From NCBI GenBank assembly GCA_022837635.1, contig JALHFY010000001.1, positions 160,136-224,135 on the forward strand: DNA of 64,000 bases, in the 5' to 3' direction. Below, in pieces: positions 9,435 through 18,340 of the stretch. Source of the DNA: Candidatus Shapirobacteria bacterium (GTDB taxonomy: Bacteria > Patescibacteriota > Microgenomatia > UBA12405). Under the pieces are notes generated by a model that was not told the origin of the DNA, did no database searches, and saw only the letters and a program-made list of their open reading frames with translations. The stretch's first letter is position 1. Each line of letters opens with the position of its first letter. The translations under genes were made by a program, and so were the position numbers.

Positions 9435-9776
9435 CTATTTGAGGGACTCGAAGATGCTTTTAAAGGTGCCAGGATCTTTAATGGCAATTTCGGAGAGCAT
9501 TTTACGATTGAGTTCGACTTGATTGTCTTTCAGTTTTTTGATGAAAGCGGAATAACTGATATCAAAAGGGCGAAGAGCAGCATTAATTCTAACTATCCAG
9601 AGTTTCCTGATATCACGACGACGGAGACGGCGACCGATGTAAGCATATTGGCCGGCGTGAAGTACAGCTTCAGAGGCAACTTTATAACGCTTGCTTCTGG
9701 TCATCCAATAACCTTTAGCGCGTTTAAGCAGTTTTTTGTGAGCTTGGCGACGAACAGTGCCGGTTTTGATTCTCAT
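9435..9776 (-). CDS. rplT: 50S ribosomal protein L20
   Basis: 113 aa, MRIKTGTVRRQAHKKLLKRAKGY... typical bL20. Confidence 0.9.
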   Translation of the reverse strand: MRIKTGTVRRQAHKKLLKRAKGYWMTRSKRYKVASEAVLHAGQYAYIGRRLRRRDIRKLWIVRINAALRPFDISYSAFIKKLKDNQVELNRKMLSEIAIKDPGTFKSIFESLK

Positions 9777-9825
9777 ATAGTTAAATAGTTAGATGAGTAG
9801 ATAATTAGTAAATAGTTATTAATGA
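9777..9825. repeat. AT-rich TAG/TAA-rich spacer related to the TAGATAA repeat family
   Basis: tagttaaatagttagatgagtagataattagtaaatagttattaatg between rpmI and rplT. Confidence 0.3.
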
Positions 9826-10035
9826 TTATTTTTTGCCAAGGAGTTTTTTAACTCTGGTAGCCAAACGACCGGTGACCAGTTTTTTACCTTTAAGTCGGCG
9901 GAGTTGTTTTTTTGATTTTTTGCGACGTAAATGGCGGTTGAAAGCAGATTGACGGAGGACCTTGCCATTTTTAGTCACCGTAAAGCGACTACTGACTGAT
10001 TTTTTGACACGGTGTTTTTTACTCATTTTTTCCAT
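9826..10035 (-). CDS. rpmI: 50S ribosomal protein L35
   Basis: Start moved to MEKMSKKHRVKKSV... (matches MPKMKTK... of bL35); basic 69 aa protein; the ORF-track N-terminal extension is unlikely. Confidence 0.8.
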   Translation of the reverse strand: MEKMSKKHRVKKSVSSRFTVTKNGKVLRQSAFNRHLRRKKSKKQLRRLKGKKLVTGRLATRVKKLLGKK

Positions 10036-10036
10036 A

Positions 10037-10558
10037 TTATTTATGTTTTTTGATAGGGGTAAAAGTGATAAAAAGTCTTTTACCAACAAGTTTGGCCTCT
10101 CCTTCGGGATTACCAACTTCAACTAAATCGTTTTTATACTTTTCGATTAGCTGATAGCCAAATTCAGGTTTTTGAATTTGACGGCCTAGGAATTTTATAC
10201 TTAATTTGACTTTATTTCCAGTAGTTAAATATTCTTTGGTCTTTTTAACTCTGGTTTCATAGTCAGCATCACCGATAAAAGGAGTCATTTGAATTTCTTT
10301 AGTGTCGCCGCCTTTGATACCTTTTTTCTCAGCTTTAGCTTTTTTAGCTTCTTGGTACTTGAATTTAGAAAATTCAATCAGTTTAACTACTGGTGGTTTG
10401 GCATTACCATTGATCTCGACTAAATCTAGACCACTTTCTTGAGCTTGATGAAAAGCTTCGTTTAAGGAAACAATACCGATTTGTTTACCATCTTCGGAAA
10501 GTAAGCGAATTTCCGGGGCAGTAATTTGCCGATTGATTTTGTAAAATTTTTGAGCCAT
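10037..10558 (-). CDS. infC: Translation initiation factor IF-3
   Basis: 173 aa; INRQITAPEIRLLSEDGKQIGIV, conserved IF3 N- and C-domains; classic position between thrS and rpmI. Confidence 0.85.
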   Translation of the reverse strand: MAQKFYKINRQITAPEIRLLSEDGKQIGIVSLNEAFHQAQESGLDLVEINGNAKPPVVKLIEFSKFKYQEAKKAKAEKKGIKGGDTKEIQMTPFIGDADYETRVKKTKEYLTTGNKVKLSIKFLGRQIQKPEFGYQLIEKYKNDLVEVGNPEGEAKLVGKRLFITFTPIKKHK

Positions 10559-10563
10559 GTACT

Positions 10564-12363
10564 TTATTTTATCAAAGTCAGAGACTTGCTTTCAATTTGT
10601 GCCTTGATTTGGGATAAAAATTTATCAAAATCCATAGCGCCAAGGTCTTGTTCATCACGTTGGCGAACAGAGACTTGATGGTTGTCAACTTCTCGAGCAC
10701 CGATAATGAGCATGTAGGGAATTTTTTCCAATTGAGCATCGCGAATTTTAGCTTGCATTTTTTCAGAGCGGTCATCAATTTCAACTCGAATCCCCTCCTC
10801 TAAAAGTTGAGTCTTTAATTGCTGAGCATATTCGTGTTGAGCATCAGTAATAGGAATAAGCTTAACTTGGACCGGAGCAATCCAAAGCGGGAAAGCACCG
10901 GCAAAATGCTCGATAAGGATACCAATAAATCTTTCTAGGGAGCCATAAATGACACGATGGATAACCACGGGAGTTTGCTCTTTGCCATCCTTATCGGTAT
11001 ATTTTAATTTGAAGTTTTTAGGAAGTTGGAAATCGAGCTGGACAGTGCCAGTTTGCCATTGACGACCGAGACAATCATTCATGAGAATATCCAACTTGGG
11101 ACCATAAAAAGCGCCTTCGCCTTCACCGATAAAATAGTCAAATTTATTGTCTTTAAGGATTTTTTCTAATGCTGCTTCGGCTTTGTTCCAAGTATTAACA
11201 TCACCCATAAAATCTGCAGGTCGGGTACCGAGACGAATTTTGAATTTTAATCCAAAGATGGAATAAAACAGATCGGCAATGTCCAAAATTCTTTTATATT
11301 CATCGGCAATCTGATCTTCAGTGACGAAAATATGAGCGTCGTCTTGACTGAATTCTTGAACACGTAAAAGTCCGCTCATTTGACCAGATTTTTCGTGACG
11401 ATGAAGAGTGTCACAATCGGATAGACGCAAGGGTAAATCACGATAACTGTGAATACCTTGTTTGAAAATAGTCATGGCATTGGGACAATTCATCGGTTTG
11501 AGACAGAAAATACCTTCATCACCCATATCAGCGATAAACATGTTTTCACGATAATGTTCCCAATGACCGGAGGTTTCGTAAAGAGCTTTTTTATTAAGGA
11601 GTGGAGTTCTGGTTTCCAAATAACCACGTTTACTGTGTTCTTGGCGCCAGAAATTTAAAAGCTCATTAATAATAACGGTGCCTTTGGGGAGCCAGTAAGG
11701 CATGCCGGGGGCAGTTTCGTCCAGAAAATATAAACCTAACTGTGGACCTAATTTTCGATTATCTCGTTTTTTAGCTTCTTCAATTAAATTGAGATATTCA
11801 TCCAATTCTTTTTGACTGTTAAAAGCGGTGCCATAAATGCGGGTAAGCATTTTATTTTTTTCATCACCATGCCAATAAGCACCGGCAATAGAGAGAAGCT
11901 TAAAAGCTTTGATGTCACCGGTATGGTCAAGATGTGGTCCGGCGCAAAGGTCAACAAAATTATCGCCGGTGTAATAAACAGAGATAATCTCTCCCCTATC
12001 AGTAATCGAATTAAGCCATTCCATTTTATAAGGATTATCGGCAAAGAGTTTTTTAGCTTCATCCAGAGTTAATTCTTTCCTAACTATAGGTAAATTTTTC
12101 TGGATAATTTTTTTCATCTCGGCTTCGATTTTAGGAAAATCAGCTTCAGAGATTTTGAGGTCGCCTAAAGGTTCAAAATCGAAGTAAAAGCCCTCATCAG
12201 TGGCTGGACCCATGGCCATATAAAATTTATCGATACCATAGAGATTTTGCATAGCCTCGGTGAGAACATGCTCGGCGCTATGGCGCATTTTGAAAAGTTG
12301 ATCGTCTAAATGTTTTTGAGCCTCTATTTGTGACATATAAGGATTATAGAATAAATACGGCAA
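10564..12363 (-). CDS. thrS: Threonine--tRNA ligase (short form lacking N-terminal TGS region)
   Basis: 599 aa; class II motifs, ThrRS editing/catalytic core (HRDLPLRLSDCDTLHRHE, FYGPKLD), anticodon-binding C-terminus. Confidence 0.85.
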   Translation of the reverse strand: MPYLFYNPYMSQIEAQKHLDDQLFKMRHSAEHVLTEAMQNLYGIDKFYMAMGPATDEGFYFDFEPLGDLKISEADFPKIEAEMKKIIQKNLPIVRKELTLDEAKKLFADNPYKMEWLNSITDRGEIISVYYTGDNFVDLCAGPHLDHTGDIKAFKLLSIAGAYWHGDEKNKMLTRIYGTAFNSQKELDEYLNLIEEAKKRDNRKLGPQLGLYFLDETAPGMPYWLPKGTVIINELLNFWRQEHSKRGYLETRTPLLNKKALYETSGHWEHYRENMFIADMGDEGIFCLKPMNCPNAMTIFKQGIHSYRDLPLRLSDCDTLHRHEKSGQMSGLLRVQEFSQDDAHIFVTEDQIADEYKRILDIADLFYSIFGLKFKIRLGTRPADFMGDVNTWNKAEAALEKILKDNKFDYFIGEGEGAFYGPKLDILMNDCLGRQWQTGTVQLDFQLPKNFKLKYTDKDGKEQTPVVIHRVIYGSLERFIGILIEHFAGAFPLWIAPVQVKLIPITDAQHEYAQQLKTQLLEEGIRVEIDDRSEKMQAKIRDAQLEKIPYMLIIGAREVDNHQVSVRQRDEQDLGAMDFDKFLSQIKAQIESKSLTLIK

Positions 12364-12403
12364 AAATTCAGCCTAAAAGAATAAATTTTGTTAAGATTAA
12401 AGA

Positions 12404-13816
12404 GTGAGAAAAAAAACTTGGTGGATATTGGTTGTTATTTTATTGTTAGGGATAGGGTTGAGATTGAGAAATTGGAATTTGGGGCCGATAGATGCTCATC
12501 CAATGCGACAGACTGATGTGGAATGTGTGGCATATTTTATGGCACAAGGTGAGGCTTCCCTGCTCTACCCCAAGGCGTGTCTGATGCGACCGGTAACTAA
12601 TACTGAGGGGTATTTTTTCCTAGAGTTTCCGGTCTATGAGGCATTAATTGCTCTGGGTTATAAAATTTTTGGGGTAAAAACGGTCATATTTAGAGTTATC
12701 AATATATGTTTGTATTTGATAGCCAGTGGTGGTTTATATATTTTTGTGAAAAAAATCTGGAATGAAAAAATGGCTTTGGCGAGCGTGTTTCTATTGGCGA
12801 CGGCTCCAGGAGCAATATTTTTTATCGGACATGCTTTGCATCCGGATGTGTTGGCCGTGGCGATGATGATGGTCAGTTTGGCGATATTAAGAGTGAGGAC
12901 CAGAAGTAATTTAGGTAAATTATTGAGTGGAGTATGTTTAGGTTTAAGTGTGGCCACCAGACCTTTTGGATTGATTGTACTGCCAGTTTATATTTACTTT
13001 TTATTAAAGGATAAAAGTAAATGGTGGCAATGGTTATTAATATTGGTGCCGGGGATGGGAATTTATGGATTATGGCGGTGGTGGATCTGGAAAAGTGGAA
13101 TTAGTGCCGATTGGGAAAACTGGGTATTGTCAGGGAGGGAAAAATTTTTTGATTTGAATTATTTAAGGATTTTGATTTGGAAAAATATTTCAGGAGAGGT
13201 AGTGGGGAGGGTAATTACTATTTTGGCGGGGGTGGGATTATTGATAGTAATCATTAAAAAAGAGAAAAAAATGTGGCCGATATTATGGTGGCTTTTTGGG
13301 ATACCGATTTATTGGTACGTGGCTTTTGAGGGTAATTTAATTCATCAGTACTATGCGGATATTTATTTGGTACCGATTTTGATACTGGCTGCTTATGCTT
13401 TGGTATTTATTTGGAATAAATCAAAGATTTTAGCCTTAGTGATGGGATTATTAGTCATTTATAATGGCTATCGGACCAGTGATTATTTTTTTAAGGATGT
13501 AGTTTATCAAGTCAAATTGAAATATGCTGCGGAGATTAGGGAAAATATCGCTTCAGGTAAAAAGATAATTTATATGGTTAAAAGTGATCCGGTGACTTTG
13601 TCATTGTCTCATCGACAGGGATGGATGTTGGGAGAGTGGCCTACCGATGTGGCCCCGACAATCTGGGCTTTTATGGAAATGAAGCATACGGATTTTGATT
13701 ATATTGTGGAGCCAAAAGAAAGTATGGATATGAAAAGAGAAGACGTGGCGATTATTGAAGAGCATTTTCCATTATGGAAAGAAACGGAGAGTTTAAGAAT
13801 CTTGATAAAACCTTAA
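12404..13816 (+). CDS. Polytopic membrane protein, GT-C fold glycosyltransferase (ArnT/PMT family-39-like)
   Basis: 470 aa, ~11 predicted TM helices, N-terminal R/D/E-containing first loop typical of GT39/GT83-type enzymes; no named motifs seen, and hydrophobicity profile only estimated by eye. Confidence 0.4.
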   Translation: MRKKTWWILVVILLLGIGLRLRNWNLGPIDAHPMRQTDVECVAYFMAQGEASLLYPKACLMRPVTNTEGYFFLEFPVYEALIALGYKIFGVKTVIFRVINICLYLIASGGLYIFVKKIWNEKMALASVFLLATAPGAIFFIGHALHPDVLAVAMMMVSLAILRVRTRSNLGKLLSGVCLGLSVATRPFGLIVLPVYIYFLLKDKSKWWQWLLILVPGMGIYGLWRWWIWKSGISADWENWVLSGREKFFDLNYLRILIWKNISGEVVGRVITILAGVGLLIVIIKKEKKMWPILWWLFGIPIYWYVAFEGNLIHQYYADIYLVPILILAAYALVFIWNKSKILALVMGLLVIYNGYRTSDYFFKDVVYQVKLKYAAEIRENIASGKKIIYMVKSDPVTLSLSHRQGWMLGEWPTDVAPTIWAFMEMKHTDFDYIVEPKESMDMKREDVAIIEEHFPLWKETESLRILIKP

Positions 13817-13828
13817 CTTTTTATTGAC

Positions 13829-13862
13829 TTTTATTCAGTTTTAAGGTATTTTAGGCCTAAAT
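13829..13862 (+). promoter_or_regulatory. Candidate sigma70-like promoter upstream of FGE-like gene
   Basis: TTGACT - 17 nt - TATTTT. Confidence 0.3.
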
Positions 13863-13873
13863 TAGATAGAACT

Positions 13874-14614
13874 ATGTATAGAAATATTGAATGGTTGTCA
13901 GAAGTATGGGTAGATATTCCAAAAAAGAAAGAATTGTTGAATAGAATGGATTTTATTTTTGTTTCTGGGGGAGATGTGGTTTTAGGAACCAGAAATCCAT
14001 TACCTGGTGGTGTTGAGGGTTATAGACATAATGAAACACCAGTTCACACTGCAACAGTTGATTCTTTTTGGATTTGTAAATTTAAAGTGGTAAATAAAGA
14101 TTTTGAATTTTTTTTCCCGAAACATAAGAGATCTTTGCATGCACTTTTAGACGATCATCCGGTGGTTGATGTTACTTACAATGAAGCAATGGAGTATTGT
14201 AAAAGATTAAATGAAGTAACAGGAATGGCTTTTCGTCTTCCTACTGAGCTTGAGTGGATGTATGCCGCCGCACCTTATGGTTGGGAATATCCTCACGGAC
14301 AAGATCCAGATATTAATGCTGGACATGTTTTTAATGATGGACATGAATTTGGTTGTGCCCCGGTTGGAGATAATAGATGGAGTCTTAATTATTTAGGATT
14401 AGACCAATTTGGTTATAATGTGATTGAGATGACACAAGGAACTTATGGGATACTTGGAACTAATGGATTTGACTCTGATGGAACTTATTGTATTGCCAAA
14501 GGTGGATCATGGGGTAAATGTAAGTTTTCGCCGGGAATTCATCGTCGACGTGTGTTTGATGTGATAGATCGGAATCCTCGTGTAGGGTTTAGATTGGCAC
14601 ATCCAAAAATATGA
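13874..14614 (+). CDS. FGE-sulfatase / SUMF1-family domain protein (DUF323)
   Basis: 246 aa; FIFVSGGDVVLG, TYNEAMEYCKRL, FRLPTELEWMYAA, KGGSWG, RVGFRLA motifs typical of formylglycine-generating-enzyme fold; AT-rich relative to flanks. Confidence 0.7.
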   Translation: MYRNIEWLSEVWVDIPKKKELLNRMDFIFVSGGDVVLGTRNPLPGGVEGYRHNETPVHTATVDSFWICKFKVVNKDFEFFFPKHKRSLHALLDDHPVVDVTYNEAMEYCKRLNEVTGMAFRLPTELEWMYAAAPYGWEYPHGQDPDINAGHVFNDGHEFGCAPVGDNRWSLNYLGLDQFGYNVIEMTQGTYGILGTNGFDSDGTYCIAKGGSWGKCKFSPGIHRRRVFDVIDRNPRVGFRLAHPKI

Positions 14615-15480
14615 TTAAAATTATCAAGACTGGTAATCATAGAACTATAAGGGGAGCTTTTAGTGTAGAAGGACCAACACCTTATGTACATAATCATACA
14701 ACTAAGATGACAGTTCGTTCAGCCAAATCTGGATTTAGGTTTATTATTGGAGAGGAAGAAATAAAAGTTAATGGTGCTAATACAAAATTTACCAATGGGA
14801 TACATGCTACTTATTTGACTAATAATAAAGGTCAGGATGTGAGATTGACGGAGCATATTTTATCGGCATTGTCTGGTATGGGAGCAACTGCTGCTGATAT
14901 TTATTTGGAAGGAAGTAATCAGGTTCCAGTACCTGACCGTACAGCGCAAATATTTTGCAAGGAAATTAAACGAGTGGGACTGAAGGATACTACAAAATCA
15001 TTGTTATCAGTTAAGGTGATGAAGGATATTTATTTTACTGATAATTTAGGATCATTTGTTGTTATGCGTCCAAGTGATACCACTAAGATTTCGGCATTAA
15101 TACAATTTTCTCATTTATTTGAGGATCAGTATATAAAATTAGAATTATCTCCGGAAAATTACTGGAACGAAGTAATGTGGGCGAGACCATTTATAAGAAT
15201 TGATTGTGCTACAAACGATGATTATCTGGATGCAATTAAGTTATTGAAAGCTTTTCCTAAAAAAATGGAAGATGCACCAGCAATGGTGAGAAGTAATGGT
15301 GTATGGATTACAGGCATTAAACCCTTAGAACCTGTTCGTCACAAGGTGTTGGATATTATTGGAGATTTGGCAACTTTGGGTTTTCCAATCATAGCAGATA
15401 TGAGTTTTGTTAGACCAGGACATGAATTTCATAGAAAATTAATCAAGTACTTATGGAAATTGATTAGTATGAAACAGTGA
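14611..15480 (+). CDS. LpxC-family (UDP-3-O-acyl-N-acetylglucosamine deacetylase-like) zinc deacetylase
   Basis: 289 aa; MIKIIKTG start like E. coli MIKQRTLK; TEHILSALSGMG (EHLNAALAGLG), VPVPDRTAQIF (IPIMDGSAAPF), RHKVLDIIGDL (RHKMLDAIGDL), RPGHEFHRKL (SGHALNNKL); ATGA overlap with upstream gene. Confidence 0.7.
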   Translation: MIKIIKTGNHRTIRGAFSVEGPTPYVHNHTTKMTVRSAKSGFRFIIGEEEIKVNGANTKFTNGIHATYLTNNKGQDVRLTEHILSALSGMGATAADIYLEGSNQVPVPDRTAQIFCKEIKRVGLKDTTKSLLSVKVMKDIYFTDNLGSFVVMRPSDTTKISALIQFSHLFEDQYIKLELSPENYWNEVMWARPFIRIDCATNDDYLDAIKLLKAFPKKMEDAPAMVRSNGVWITGIKPLEPVRHKVLDIIGDLATLGFPIIADMSFVRPGHEFHRKLIKYLWKLISMKQ

Positions 15481-15552
15481 GTCTAAGAGGACTTGAACCT
15501 CTGACCTCTTCAATGTCAATGAAGCGCTCTAAACCAACTGAGCTATAGACTC
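15478..15552 (-). tRNA. tRNA-Val(GAC)
   Basis: Cloverleaf by eye: acceptor GAGTCTA/TAGACTC, anticodon loop TTGACAT, T-loop TTCAAGT; discriminator overlaps the TGA stop of the LpxC-like gene. Confidence 0.8.
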
Positions 15553-15571
15553 GTGAAAGGATTATATCAAA

Positions 15572-16147
15572 TTAATTAACACTTCTTGAGGCACTGTGTT
15601 CACCGCTCATTAGATATTGTTCCCCACCCTGTTTTTTGTTGCGAGCCATAGACCAGAAATAATTTTTCTTTTTCTTTTTAGTATTAAAGGTATCTAGCCA
15701 ATTACTGGCTTCGGAGATGTTTTTACGGAAATTAATGATAAAGTTTTTAATTCTTTCCAAGAAATTAACTTGATACTCAGAGACGTCAGAGGTGCTTTCT
15801 AGAGGAATATTTTGAATATCCATATCCAGATTTTCAGTGGTAGCGACAAGTTTTTTGATTTCCAGGCGGAGAGAATCGATAGCTTCTTTAAGGTGATGTT
15901 CTTGAGCAGAAAAAAGTTGTTTTTCTTGGTTGGTGGCCAGAAACTCAGGATTCCAAGCGGGTTTTTGAGGAGTAGTTTCGGAAGGGTTGATTTCGACGGT
16001 TTGATTGAGACCTAAAATACCGCCAATCAGACCGATTTTTTGGGGAGCCGAAGCAGTTTGAGAATCTTTTAAGACCTCGTTATTATTCCACTTAAAATTT
16101 TTGGCTTGTTTAGGATCGAATTTAGTTGTGTTTTGTCCACCTGCCAT
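15572..16147 (-). CDS. Hypothetical protein with one TM segment (IGLIGGILGL)
   Basis: 191 aa ORF, no recognisable domain. Confidence 0.3.
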   Translation of the reverse strand: MAGGQNTTKFDPKQAKNFKWNNNEVLKDSQTASAPQKIGLIGGILGLNQTVEINPSETTPQKPAWNPEFLATNQEKQLFSAQEHHLKEAIDSLRLEIKKLVATTENLDMDIQNIPLESTSDVSEYQVNFLERIKNFIINFRKNISEASNWLDTFNTKKKKKNYFWSMARNKKQGGEQYLMSGEHSASRSVN

Positions 16148-16165
16148 GGGTGAATTATAGCAGAT

Positions 16166-16951
16166 TTATGCCTGTTTTAGAAATTCTAAGACTTTTTGTT
16201 GGGTGAGAAGGAAGTAGACCAAATTGGGATCTTTTTTGAGCTCGGGATTTTTAGCAAAAACTGTGTCTAATTCTTTATCACTGACAGTGAGTTTTTTGTC
16301 GATGGCAATTTGGTTAATAGCCAAATTTAAGGTCCAATCTTTTTTAATTTGAGCAGTTATATCTTCTCTGAGTTTGGTGAGAGTAGTTTTTTTGTTTTTG
16401 AGGTATTCATCAAGAGTTAATTTAACTTGTTGCAGTTCAGACACCAAACCGGAGAGACGGTGGTTTAAATCGTGAGTAATTAAAACTTGAGGTAATTCAA
16501 CTTGGGTTTTGTTGATAATCAGATCGACTAATTGATCGGTTTTATCTTTATCAATTTTTTTACTTTCAGTGTAAAGAGAAGGTGAAATTTTAACAGGAGG
16601 TAGTTCAGAACTGGTTAATTCTAAGTGCCAGTCAGTATCTAAGCTTAGTTTTTCGTTTTTAATTTTAATGGTCGGTTCAATGATAGGTCGAAGTTGATGG
16701 TCTTTGAGGGCTTGTTGATAGGCAGTGGGTAGAAGATGGTTTAAAACTTCTTCCAAAATGGCTTGGGGGGAAACATTTTTTTCTACCACATCAAGAGGAG
16801 CTTTGCCTTTACGAAAGCCTTTTTGTTCAAATTCTGCCTGAAAATGGCCTAAAACGTGTTGATATTCTTTCTTGAGCAGATTTTTGTCCAAAATGAGCTC
16901 TAAAGTGAAAGAATTGTCCTTATTTTTCTGGAGTTGGCTATTTGTATTCAT
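16166..16951 (-). CDS. tig: Trigger factor, truncated (N-terminal ribosome-binding domain plus C-terminal arm, no PPIase domain)
   Basis: GFRKGKAPLDVVEK matches TF signature GFRxGxxP; 261 aa vs ~430 aa typical. Confidence 0.6.
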   Translation of the reverse strand: MNTNSQLQKNKDNSFTLELILDKNLLKKEYQHVLGHFQAEFEQKGFRKGKAPLDVVEKNVSPQAILEEVLNHLLPTAYQQALKDHQLRPIIEPTIKIKNEKLSLDTDWHLELTSSELPPVKISPSLYTESKKIDKDKTDQLVDLIINKTQVELPQVLITHDLNHRLSGLVSELQQVKLTLDEYLKNKKTTLTKLREDITAQIKKDWTLNLAINQIAIDKKLTVSDKELDTVFAKNPELKKDPNLVYFLLTQQKVLEFLKQA

Positions 16952-16985
16952 AAACTTGGCTATGATAGCATATTAAAAGATTTGC

Positions 16986-17612
16986 ATGGAAAAAAGATTT
17001 GTTAAATATGCTCGGATTTTTTTTATAAGCCTGTTAGGGGTGTTATTGTTGGTGATTGGAGTAATTGAGGCGTGGGTGTTTACTGATGGTTTTAAAGAAA
17101 AGGTTGAGGTGGGTGGTAAATTTGGCAATTTAAAGACGGTGGTGATAGGTGTTGAGGAAACATTAGAGGATAAACAAGAGGTAAAAATGAAGGGAGAGAT
17201 TGTGGCTGAGGCTGATGCTAGACCGATAATAGTGGAGAGATATCTAAAGCGTTATAGGTCTCCTTTAGCTCCTTATGCGAAAAAGATAGTAGAGTTGTCG
17301 GATAGGTATGGTTTTGATTATTATTGGATGGTGGCGATTGCTCAACAGGAATCGAATTTATGCAAAAAAGCACCAGAAGACTCGCATAATTGCTGGGGAT
17401 ATGGAATTCACAGTCAAGGGACTTTGAAATTTGAGAATTATGATTTGGCTTTGGAGTCCTATGCTCAGTACCTAAAGAGTCAATATTTTGATAAAGGCTT
17501 AAATACCGCCGAATTGATGATGCAAAAATACTGTCCTCATTCCAATGGCTCTTGGGCTAGAGGGGTGAATCAGTTTATTGGTGATATGGAGAGTGGTAAG
17601 AGAATTAATTAG
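16986..17612 (+). CDS. Membrane-anchored putative peptidoglycan hydrolase (lysozyme-like fold)
   Basis: N-terminal TM; AIAQQESNL resembles catalytic E-S of SLT/GH73-type muramidases. Confidence 0.3.
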   Translation: MEKRFVKYARIFFISLLGVLLLVIGVIEAWVFTDGFKEKVEVGGKFGNLKTVVIGVEETLEDKQEVKMKGEIVAEADARPIIVERYLKRYRSPLAPYAKKIVELSDRYGFDYYWMVAIAQQESNLCKKAPEDSHNCWGYGIHSQGTLKFENYDLALESYAQYLKSQYFDKGLNTAELMMQKYCPHSNGSWARGVNQFIGDMESGKRIN

Positions 17613-17648
17613 ATAACTAGATAATTAGATAAGTAGATAAGTAGTAGG
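17607..17648. repeat. TAGATAA-type intergenic repeat copy
   Basis: aattagataactagataattagataagtagataagtagtag; shares ATAATTAGATAAGTAGT with copy at 6550. Confidence 0.5.
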
Positions 17649-17779
17649 TACTTGATTTGAGCGAGTTATATTGATATACTATGAGCTAGATCCCTGGGTG
17701 GCTCCTCTAAAAGCATGCTCGGGGATTTTTTTTAGAATTGTTTTTTGACGGTGGGAGTTATAGAATACCCCTTATGGGA

Positions 17780-18340
17780 ATGATTAGTACAGCGCAATTT
17801 AAGAAAGGTATTTATATTTTGTTTCATGATGAACCACACATGGTGATGGATATCACCTTTGTCTCTCCAGGTAAGGGTTCGGCTTTTTATCGGACAAAAT
17901 TAAAAAATTTGTATACCGGTAGAGTTTTGGAATATACCTATAAATCGGGAGAAAAAGTAGAAGAAGTGTTGGTGGAAACTCATGAAGCGGAATATTCTTA
18001 TTTTGATGGTAGTAATTATGTTTTTATTGAACCGAGAACTTTTGAACAGTATTCGGTAGCGGCGGAGATAATTGGAGATGATAAGGTATATCTAAAAGAA
18101 GGTTTGTTGTATCGGATTAAATTTTATGAAGATCAACCAGTGGGGTTGACTTTACCAAAAACCATTGTCTGTACTGTGGTTGAGGCTGAGAATTCAGTTA
18201 AAGGTGATACTGCTACTGCGGCGATGAAAAATGCGGTTTTGGATACTGGAGCTAAGATTTTAGTACCTTTGTTTATTAAAGCGGGAGAAGAAATTTTAGT
18301 TAACACTGAAAACGGTAGCTACGTCTCACGAAAAAATTAA
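17780..18340 (+). CDS. efp: Elongation factor P
   Basis: Start moved to MISTAQFKKG; SPGKGSAF loop (KPGKGQAF in E. coli), conserved C-terminal GEYVSR-like SYVSR. Confidence 0.85.
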   Translation: MISTAQFKKGIYILFHDEPHMVMDITFVSPGKGSAFYRTKLKNLYTGRVLEYTYKSGEKVEEVLVETHEAEYSYFDGSNYVFIEPRTFEQYSVAAEIIGDDKVYLKEGLLYRIKFYEDQPVGLTLPKTIVCTVVEAENSVKGDTATAAMKNAVLDTGAKILVPLFIKAGEEILVNTENGSYVSRKN

